Source: an uncultured Pelagibacteraceae bacterium
Lineage (GTDB): Bacteria > Pseudomonadota > Alphaproteobacteria > Pelagibacterales > AG-422-B15
Direction: 5' to 3'
Length of the DNA: 51,747 bases
Assembly: GCA_902580665.1 (NCBI GenBank)
Contig: CACHLP010000004.1
Location: forward strand, 1 to 51,747
Positions 40,054 to 51,747 of this stretch are shown in pieces. The position numbers and the translations under genes were made by a program. How positions within the stretch are numbered: position 1 is the stretch's first letter; every line of letters begins with the position of its first letter. The notes below the pieces were generated by a model. That model searched no databases, had not been told where the DNA came from, and saw nothing but the letters and a program-made list of their open reading frames with translations.

Positions 40054-41226
40054 CTAATTTTCTCCAAACAGATCTCTTGAATAGACTTTATCTCTAGCGT
40101 CTTTAAGTTCATCTGAAAATCTATTAGCTATTATAAGATCAGATTTCAAAATAAATTGATTTAAATCATTTATAATTTTAATATTTTTAAAATATTTTTT
40201 GTTTATAGATGGTTCGTGTAATATAATTTCTATATCATATTGCTTTAACCTTGAAATGACGCCAAGTATGGCGCTTTCTCTAAAATTGTCAGAACCTTCT
40301 TTCATTACTAGTCGATAAATTCCTACAATCTTTGGATTTTTATTTAATATTGCATTTGCAATAAACTCTTTTCTTGTTTCATTTGATTCTACTACAGCTC
40401 TTATAATGTTATTGGGGATTTTATTATAGTTTTTCAAAAGCTGCTTTGTATCCTTTGGCAGGCAATAGCCGCCATAACCAAAAGATGGATTATTGTAATA
40501 GTCTCCTATTCTTGGATCACTACTAACACCTTTAATAATTTTTTCTGACGATAAGTTATTTACCTCAGCAAAGCTATCTAGCTCATTAAAATATGAAATT
40601 CTCATTGCTAAAAATGTATTTGAAAATAGCTTAACTGCTTCAGCTTCTTTTGAGCTCATTTTAATTAAATTTACCTTTGATGAATTCAAATTTGAGCATT
40701 CAATAAGAATTTCTCCAAATCGTATCGCAGACTTAGAATTATCACCTATTATAACTCTTGATGGATATAAGTTATCATAAAGTGCGTTACTTTCCCTAAG
40801 AAACTCTGGAGAAAAAAATATTTTATCTGTGTTATGAAATTTTCTCATCTTATCAGTGAAACCTAGAGGTATCGTAGACTTAATAATAATATAAGCTTTG
40901 GTATTACTGCCGAGAGCCTCTGAGATAACTGTCTCTACTGACTTTGTGTCGAATGACCCTGTTTTGAGATCATAATTTGTTGGCGTTGATACAATTATAT
41001 AATTTGAATTTTTGTAAGCAAGTGTCTTATCTGTTGTTGCGGTCAGCCTTAGCTTTTTATTAGATAGATACTCTTCTACTACAGAGTCTTTTATGGGTGA
41101 TAACTTATTATTTATTAATTCCACTTTCTCTTCTGATAAGTCAAGGAGTTTTACTTTATGTTTTCTAGACAAGAGTATTGCAAGACTCAATCCAACATAT
41201 CCAGCGCCAACGATCGTGATATTCAT
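40054..41226 (-). CDS. ugd: UDP-glucose 6-dehydrogenase
   Basis: GAGYVG, SPEFLRE, NNPSFGYGGYCLPKD. Confidence 0.95.
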   Translation of the reverse strand: MNITIVGAGYVGLSLAILLSRKHKVKLLDLSEEKVELINNKLSPIKDSVVEEYLSNKKLRLTATTDKTLAYKNSNYIIVSTPTNYDLKTGSFDTKSVETVISEALGSNTKAYIIIKSTIPLGFTDKMRKFHNTDKIFFSPEFLRESNALYDNLYPSRVIIGDNSKSAIRFGEILIECSNLNSSKVNLIKMSSKEAEAVKLFSNTFLAMRISYFNELDSFAEVNNLSSEKIIKGVSSDPRIGDYYNNPSFGYGGYCLPKDTKQLLKNYNKIPNNIIRAVVESNETRKEFIANAILNKNPKIVGIYRLVMKEGSDNFRESAILGVISRLKQYDIEIILHEPSINKKYFKNIKIINDLNQFILKSDLIIANRFSDELKDARDKVYSRDLFGEN

Positions 41227-41286
41227 AATTAAATAGAATAATAAGACACAAATTAAAGTAAAGTGACAAAACTTTCACGTTTAGTA

Positions 41287-41404
41287 GACCTGGCAACGTC
41301 CTACTCTCCCATGCCTTAAGACAAAGTACCATCGGCGCTGGAGCCCTTAACGTTCGAGTTCGAAATGGGATCGTGTGTTACCTCTCCGCTAAAACCACCA
41401 GGTC
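41287..41404 (-). rRNA. rrf: 5S rRNA
   Basis: GACCTGG/CCAGGTC terminal stem; CGATCCCATTTCGAAC and GGGAGAGTAGG motifs on the minus strand; ends approximate. Confidence 0.93.
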
Positions 41405-41496
41405 AACAAAACGTGAAATCAATACAAATTATTATTTTATTAATTATCCTATCTTTATGTTGCTTGTATTTTACTAGTTTGTTTCTAGTACATAGA

Positions 41497-44231
<2,735 letters not shown>

Positions 44232-44357
44232 ATTCTATGTACAAAAAACAAACTTATATGTCTTTTGCAATACTTAGATATTTTGAATTCTCAATAAAAA
44301 TTTTATTAATTTAGTATTGATGTCACTTCACGATGTAAATGGAAAAGCTTAAAACTT

Positions 44358-44433
44358 TGGTGGAGCTGACCGGGATCGAACCGGTGACCCCCTGCTTGCA
44401 AAGCAGGTGCTCTCCCAGCTGAGCTACAGCCCC
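44358..44433 (-). tRNA. tRNA-Ala(TGC)
   Basis: GGGGCTG...CAGCTCC-ACCA, anticodon TGC, in the ITS. Confidence 0.97.
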
Positions 44434-44449
44434 AAGAGAAACCTCGTCA

Positions 44450-44527
<78 letters not shown>

Positions 44528-44640
44528 AAACGTAGGCTTTATAGTCTTAAACAATGAAAGAGAAACGAGGACGGTAAGCCACATATAATTACTAAGTTAA
44601 AAATTTCTTAAGTTCAAAAAGAACTCAAAAAAAGACTCTT

Positions 44641-46131
<1,491 letters not shown>

Positions 46132-46383
46132 AAACACGACGCACACAAACTTATTGGCGGAGTTACATAATATTAATTATGTAATCCAAATAAAACGTGT
46201 ACGATTATTCTGTACTGCGGAATTACCGCCCACGTTTCTCTTTCAATTTACTTTTCCAATAGCATAATCACATAGGCAGATTTACTTTTCCATTGGAAAA
46301 CTAAAAAATGCCAAATTGATTATATTAAGACTAAAATAGTCATATGCCGCAAGTTCAGAGCATCACCGAACAAGGGTGAAGTT

Positions 46384-46411
46384 TTTTTATTGTATTGGGC
46401 CAAAAAGTCAA
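46384..46411 (-). promoter_or_regulatory. Candidate rRNA operon promoter
   Basis: TTGACT-N16-TAAAAA on the minus strand about 250 nt upstream of 16S; the -10 element is non-consensus. Confidence 0.4.
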
Positions 46412-46560
46412 GCATCAAACATAAAATCAGGCAGAAAATAAGCAATTTTCACTCATATATAATACCCAATAATATCAATGAGATAGAGAGCGTAAAATCA
46501 TTTTACCTCATAAGATTAATATAAGTGATGTCATAAAATATAAATTCTTTATATGAAGAG

Positions 46561-47829
46561 GTGAAAATGTATCTATTAAACAAAAAAGTCTTGGTTTTTA
46601 TAACTGGTCTGATTCTTATTATTGTGATCGCTTATTATTTATCAATTTCTTTTAACGACAAAACTGACATCCAAATACCAAAAGAATCAATTCAAATTCA
46701 GAAGGACACTACTGAAAAGAAAGATAGTTTAGATTTATTCTTTTCATTCCTCGAGCACTATGAGCTTGAAGAAGGCGATACATTCATCAGCACTCTCAAA
46801 AAGACTAACCTTAATAACAGAGAAATCGATCAATTAGTCATAGCTGTAAAAGATGTAATGGAGATAAATCGATTACGAATCGGAACACGTATAGAGATAG
46901 TTTCTGACCTTATAAAAGAAGAAAGAACTGTTAAAGAAATTGTAATTTATCCTGATAGCGCAGAAAAAATATCAGTCTTAAGAATAGACGATAAATTTAC
47001 AGTAAGTAAAGATATAAAAACACTCTACTCAGAAATCATATTTCATGAAATTGAAATAAATAAAAGTATCTACTCATCGCTTAAAAATATTAACGTACCA
47101 GACAATATAATTATGTCGTTTGTGCAACTTTTTAGTTTTGATATTGATTTTCAAAGAGATATTAGGAACAAAAATAAAATAAATATTCTATTTGAACAAT
47201 TTAAAGATAAGGATGGCAGGTTAATCAAAACAGGTTCTATTTTATTTGCAGAAATTATTCTAACAAAAGATAGTTACGAACTTTATAGGTTCGAAGATAA
47301 TAACTATATTGAATATTTTAATAGCGACGGCAAAAGTGCTACAAAAGCCTTGATGAAAACTCCAATAAATGGCGCAAAATTATCATCCGCTTACGGTATG
47401 AGAAAACACCCTATTCTGGGATATAATAAAAAGCACATGGGCGTTGACTTTGCTGCTCCCATAGGGACTCCAATTATGGCTGCTGGAAAAGGACATATTG
47501 AATACGTTGGAACCAACGGTGGTGCTGGAAAATATATTCGGATTAAACACTTGAATGGCTATAAGACAAGTTATTCTCATCTCAGTAGTTATGCTTCTGG
47601 CATACAAAAAAATGTTCGGGTCAAACAAGGTCAAACTATCGGTTACGTGGGAAGCACAGGATTATCAACAGGTCCACATCTTCATTATGAGGTCATATTT
47701 AATGGCAAAAAAATTAATCCGATGAACATGAAACTTCCATCAGGTAAAAAATTAAAAGGGATAAATTTAAAAGACTTTATAATAGAAAGAAACAGGATAA
47801 ATAATGAGATTTCAAAAATTAAGAATTAG
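46561..47829 (+). CDS. M23 family peptidoglycan endopeptidase
   Basis: N-terminal TM; HMGVDFAAP (HxxxD), STGPHLHYE (HxH). Confidence 0.93.
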   Translation: MKMYLLNKKVLVFITGLILIIVIAYYLSISFNDKTDIQIPKESIQIQKDTTEKKDSLDLFFSFLEHYELEEGDTFISTLKKTNLNNREIDQLVIAVKDVMEINRLRIGTRIEIVSDLIKEERTVKEIVIYPDSAEKISVLRIDDKFTVSKDIKTLYSEIIFHEIEINKSIYSSLKNINVPDNIIMSFVQLFSFDIDFQRDIRNKNKINILFEQFKDKDGRLIKTGSILFAEIILTKDSYELYRFEDNNYIEYFNSDGKSATKALMKTPINGAKLSSAYGMRKHPILGYNKKHMGVDFAAPIGTPIMAAGKGHIEYVGTNGGAGKYIRIKHLNGYKTSYSHLSSYASGIQKNVRVKQGQTIGYVGSTGLSTGPHLHYEVIFNGKKINPMNMKLPSGKKLKGINLKDFIIERNRINNEISKIKN

Positions 47830-48160
47830 CTTCTTCTATAGCTTTAGCAGGATCTAAAGACTCTACAGGCAAAGTTTTCTCATCTGAGGACGCAGTTTTA
47901 GTAGCTTTTCCATCACTGTTACCATTATTTCTATCTTGACGGTCATTTATCAAACGACTGTAGTGCTCGGCATGCTGTAAATAATTTTCAGCGCCTACAT
48001 GATCTCCCGAAGCAGCGGCATCTTTTGCCAGGACTTTATACTTTTCAAGCACTGTGGAAAGATTTCCTCTTACGCGAGTAGAGCTATTACCATTAACAAA
48101 ACTATCACCTGAATGTCTATTGTTTGACCTTTTAAAAGGTCTAGTTCTTCTATTTTTCAC
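47819..48160 (-). CDS. DUF4167 family protein
   Basis: RVRGN...EKY..LAKDA..SGD.VGAENYLQHAEHY; downstream of prmC. Confidence 0.85.
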   Translation of the reverse strand: MKNRRTRPFKRSNNRHSGDSFVNGNSSTRVRGNLSTVLEKYKVLAKDAAASGDHVGAENYLQHAEHYSRLINDRQDRNNGNSDGKATKTASSDEKTLPVESLDPAKAIEEANS

Positions 48161-48262
48161 TTTGAAAATTAATTCCTAAATATAATTGGAAATTTTTTAA
48201 ATTATTCTTTTAAAAGAATGCTGGTAAATTAGTGTTTACTATTAAAATAATCAAGTTTTTAT

Positions 48263-49090
48263 TTAATTACTTTCAGCAATAATACATCTAGGAATATTTG
48301 ATAAATCATTTTTTATGGAGACAACCTTAAAGTTATTGTTTTTCAATATCTTAACTATTCCATCGAGTTGATTTATTCCTACTTCTAAGAATAAATATTG
48401 CTTCCTTTTCATCTTTTTAGTTAAATTCTGAATTATATTTCTGTAAAAATAAAGTCCTTTCTCATCTGCAAATAATGCTTTTATTGGCTCAAAATTCCTA
48501 ACGTCTTCCATAATATTATTTTTTTCCTCAGATGGAATATATGGAGGGTTACTTATTACAATATCGAATGAACTGGTATCAAAATTAGAAAAATCTCTCT
48601 CTAAAAATTTTAACCTATCTTTATTTAATAAAAATTCTTTATTTATTTCTGAAACCTTAATAGCTTCTTTATCAATTTCGATGCCTATTCCGAAACTTGA
48701 TACATATTCATTTAACAAGGAAATAATCAAGCACCCAGATCCAGAACCAAGATCTAAAAAATTATAAGATTTTGTTAGATCAGGAAAATACTCAATGACT
48801 GATTCAATTAACAATTCACTATCTGATCTTGGAATGAGAACAGAATAATCAACATAAAAATCATTTTTCCAAAATGGTTTGGTATTCGTTATGTAAGCTA
48901 TTGGCTCTGAATTTTTTCTTCTATTAATTAGTTTTTCAAATTTTTTTAAATCCCTTTCACCTACTATTTTATTATTAGCTAAATTTATTTCCTCATTACT
49001 CAATCCAAGCACATGTGATAGAAGTAACTTTTTCTCAGAAATAGAAATAGAATTCTTTTTTGAATACAAAATTTCATCTATTGTTGTCAT
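48263..49090 (-). CDS. prmC: Release factor glutamine methyltransferase
   Basis: EPIAYI, VLIPR, LDLGSGSGC, SNPPY; ATG at 49090 just after the prfA stop. Confidence 0.94.
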   Translation of the reverse strand: MTTIDEILYSKKNSISISEKKLLLSHVLGLSNEEINLANNKIVGERDLKKFEKLINRRKNSEPIAYITNTKPFWKNDFYVDYSVLIPRSDSELLIESVIEYFPDLTKSYNFLDLGSGSGCLIISLLNEYVSSFGIGIEIDKEAIKVSEINKEFLLNKDRLKFLERDFSNFDTSSFDIVISNPPYIPSEEKNNIMEDVRNFEPIKALFADEKGLYFYRNIIQNLTKKMKRKQYLFLEVGINQLDGIVKILKNNNFKVVSIKNDLSNIPRCIIAESN

Positions 49091-49091
49091 T

Positions 49092-50141
49092 TTAGTTACT
49101 CTGATCTGCAATAATTAAATTTGAGATTACTTCCTCAAGACCAGATGCATTCAAAATTTGCTCTAGTTTATACAACGTTAAATTAATTCTATGATCTGTA
49201 ACTCTTCCTTGAGGGAAATTATAAGTCCTAATTCTCTCAGATCTATCCCCTGAACCAATCTGAGATTTTCTCTTATCTGCGATATCATCTTCTTGTTTTT
49301 TTCTCTCATGATCGTAAAGTCTTGTTTTTAATACAAGCATAGCTTTTGCTTTATTTTTGTGTTGTGATTTCTCATCCTGCTGTTGTACGACAATTCCTGA
49401 AGGCAGATGAGTAATTCTTACTGCACTATCAGTAGTATTTACATGTTGGCCTCCGGCTCCACTTGAGCGAAATACATCAACCCTAATATCTTTTTCGTCA
49501 ATTTGAATATCTACATCTTCAGCTTCAGGCAATACTACAACACTGGCTGCAGATGTATGAACTCTTCCTTGAGACTCAGTTTCAGGAACCCTTTGGACCC
49601 TATGAACACCAGACTCAAACTTCAGTTTTGAATAGACACTCTGCCCTGATATTTTTGCTATAACCTCTTTCATGCCCCCTTTCTCAGAATCAGAAACAGA
49701 CAAATAATCGACTTTCCAATTTTGATCCTCCGCATATCGCTGGTACATGCGTAATAGTTCATTTGCAAATAACGCCGCTTCATCTCCTCCTGTTCCAGCT
49801 CTAATTTCAAGAATTACATCTTTTTGGTCTAATGGATCTTTAGGAATCAACAATTGTTTTAAGGATTCTTCTGATGATTGAAGATTTAATTTTAAACTGC
49901 CAATCTCAGATTTTGCAATTTCTATTAAATCGTTATCATTACCGTCTAGAACGGCATTTAAATCTTCATGCTCTTTTAGAAGAGAAAAATAAATATTTAT
50001 TTGTTCCGCTAAAGGTTTAATTTCTGCGTATTCCTTTGAAATTGACACATATTTTTCTTTATCATTTACTGCAGTCGAAAGTTCTTTTTCTAAAGAATTA
50101 AATTTATTCAATATTTTATCTAATTCGTCTCGCTTAATCAT
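49092..50141 (-). CDS. prfA: Peptide chain release factor 1
   Basis: [34 protein letters not shown]. Confidence 0.97.
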   Translation of the reverse strand: MIKRDELDKILNKFNSLEKELSTAVNDKEKYVSISKEYAEIKPLAEQINIYFSLLKEHEDLNAVLDGNDNDLIEIAKSEIGSLKLNLQSSEESLKQLLIPKDPLDQKDVILEIRAGTGGDEAALFANELLRMYQRYAEDQNWKVDYLSVSDSEKGGMKEVIAKISGQSVYSKLKFESGVHRVQRVPETESQGRVHTSAASVVVLPEAEDVDIQIDEKDIRVDVFRSSGAGGQHVNTTDSAVRITHLPSGIVVQQQDEKSQHKNKAKAMLVLKTRLYDHERKKQEDDIADKRKSQIGSGDRSERIRTYNFPQGRVTDHRINLTLYKLEQILNASGLEEVISNLIIADQSN

Positions 50142-51225
50142 TTATTGTTCTAACTTTTTGCTCAACAAGCTCAACTACATGGTCAACAATTTCAGGATTG
50201 GTAATTTTATGATCTGCAACACCTGACAAATAAATCATATTATTACCCTTACCTCCTCCAGTAAGACCAATGTCACTTTTGAGTGCCTCCCCTGGACCGT
50301 TAACAACACATCCAATGATTGAAAGTGTGAGAGGTGTTTTTATATGTGCAAGTCTTTGTTCTAACTTTTTGACTGTTTCAATTACTGGGAAAGCTTGTCT
50401 CGCACATGAAGGACAAGAGATAATCTTTATTCCTCTTGAACCTAAATCTAAACTTTTTAATATTTCATAACCAACTTTTATTTCTTCTACTGGATCAGCA
50501 GTAAGTGATACTCTTATAGTATCTCCAATGCCTTTTGATAAAAGATTACCAATGCTTATTGAGGATTTAATTGAACCAGATAAATAAGTGCCTGCCTCGG
50601 TTAACCCAACATGAAATGGATAGTCACATAATTGAGCAAGCTTTTCGTATGATTCAATGGTTATAAATACATCAGAAGCTTTAACACTTATTTTAAAGTT
50701 TTCAAAATTATTATCTTCCAATAACTTTATATTTTCTAACGCACTTTCAACTAATGCATCTGAGCATGGTTCCTTGTATTTCATTAGTATTTTTTCATCT
50801 ATTGATCCTGCATTAACTCCTACTCTCATACTAATATTGTTTTGCTTTGCAGCCTCAATCACTTCAATAATTTTTTCTTTTCCAATGTTTCCAGGATTCA
50901 CTCTCAAACAGGCTGCACCAGCTTCCGCCGCTTCTATGGCACGTTTATAATGAAAGTGTATATCTGCAACGATCGGAATACTTGATTGATTTACTACCTC
51001 TTTAAGAGACTCAGTAGACCCTTTATCTGGACAGGAAACCCTAACAATGTCAGCACCTTCTTCAACCAGTGAGTTGATTTGAGAGACTGTAGCATCAATA
51101 TCCGTAGTTAAAGTATTGGTCATTGATTGAACTGTGATTTTCGCATCTCCACCAACTTGTACGTTACCAACATTAATCATTTTAGTCTTACGTCTGACTA
51201 TAGTATGTTTAAAATCTTCCCTCAC
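50134..51225 (-). CDS. ispG: 4-hydroxy-3-methylbut-2-en-1-yl diphosphate synthase
   Basis: [35 protein letters not shown]. Confidence 0.97.
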   Translation of the reverse strand: MREDFKHTIVRRKTKMINVGNVQVGGDAKITVQSMTNTLTTDIDATVSQINSLVEEGADIVRVSCPDKGSTESLKEVVNQSSIPIVADIHFHYKRAIEAAEAGAACLRVNPGNIGKEKIIEVIEAAKQNNISMRVGVNAGSIDEKILMKYKEPCSDALVESALENIKLLEDNNFENFKISVKASDVFITIESYEKLAQLCDYPFHVGLTEAGTYLSGSIKSSISIGNLLSKGIGDTIRVSLTADPVEEIKVGYEILKSLDLGSRGIKIISCPSCARQAFPVIETVKKLEQRLAHIKTPLTLSIIGCVVNGPGEALKSDIGLTGGGKGNNMIYLSGVADHKITNPEIVDHVVELVEQKVRTIND

Positions 51226-51256
51226 AATGAAACCTTATTAATATTTTTAAATTATA

Positions 51257-51747
51257 TTATATTTTATCTAGATTAAATACACTGTGTAGCGCATTTACAG
51301 CTGCCTCTGTTTTATTTCTATCAATTAAGACACTAATTTTAATTTCTGAAGTAGATATGACCTCAATATTAATATTATTATCAGAGAGACACTCAAACAT
51401 TTTTGCTGCTATTCCAGGCTGATTTCTCATACCTGAACCAATTATTGAAACTTTTGATAAGTTTTGTTCATCCAATACTTTAGAAAAAACTATTCTTTCT
51501 TTGAGCTTCACAAGTACACCTAGTGACTTCTTTAAATCAATCATCGGGACTGTGAAAGTAATATTAGTCATTTTTCTTTCAATAAAATTATTCTGGACAA
51601 TCATGTCAACATTTACTGATGAACCAGCCAATTCTTTGAATATTTCTGCTGCAACTCCTGGCTTATCTTCTACATCTATAATAGTTATTTTTGCCTCATC
51701 TTTAGAGTAAGCAACTCCTGTAACCGCACGAGTTTCATTCGATACAT
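51257..51747 (-). CDS. lysC: Aspartate kinase, C-terminal ACT domains (5' end beyond window)
   Basis: VTGVAYSKDEAKIT..DKPGVAA, VDMIVQN, KVSIIGSGM..PGIAAKMF, ISTSEIKIS. Confidence 0.93.
   Translation of the reverse strand, partial: VSNETRAVTGVAYSKDEAKITIIDVEDKPGVAAEIFKELAGSSVNVDMIVQNNFIERKMTNITFTVPMIDLKKSLGVLVKLKERIVFSKVLDEQNLSKVSIIGSGMRNQPGIAAKMFECLSDNNINIEVISTSEIKISVLIDRNKTEAAVNALHSVFNLDKI

Larger units (their letters stand above)
19621..41286. other. Surface-glycan (O-antigen type) flexible genomic island between tRNA-fMet and 5S rRNA
   Basis: All genes in the interval are sugar biosynthesis, transfer or export; flanked by conserved RNA genes; no integrase or transposase. Confidence 0.8.

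Noticed and set aside
49092-49130. RF1 C-terminus looks a few residues short
   Set aside because: All functional motifs are present and the stop sits 1 nt before the prmC ATG, consistent with compaction

Overview
AT-rich, gene-dense chromosomal segment of a streamlined alphaproteobacterium. A Pelagibacterales/HIMB59-like marine lineage is inferred from gene content, composition and gene order; it was not confirmed by a search. The left third (1-19.6 kb) is mostly housekeeping: fba, efp, suhB, rpmE, ibpA with a ROSE-like leader, trcR, purEK, pntAB, hisN, alkA, trhO, galE, a SET-domain gene, tRNA-Val and tRNA-fMet. It also holds four small genes missed by the ORF track: rpsU with an apparent ATA start, aa3 oxidase subunit IV, rpmJ, and an unknown 44-aa basic ORF coupled to rpmJ. 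A ~21.6-kb surface-glycan island with no integrase lies between tRNA-fMet and the 5S gene of a complete minus-strand rRNA operon (16S-Ile-Ala-23S-5S). The island has two modules. (i) An ABC-transporter-dependent O-glycan system (ugd, WbpZ-like GT4, sugar C-methyltransferase, gmd, wzm, wzt with C-terminal domain) centred on a 1226-aa FkbM-methyltransferase/coiled-coil/GT4/GT4 fusion. Its coiled coil is partly encoded by a 21-bp (one heptad) tandem repeat and is followed by an A11T11 slippery palindrome. (ii) A GDP-heptose synthesis/tailoring pathway linked to a GtrB-like GT2 and a GT-C-like membrane protein, plus an RfbH-like C3-dehydrase frameshifted at a G7 tract. The right end holds an M23 peptidase, DUF4167, prmC, prfA, ispG and part of lysC.
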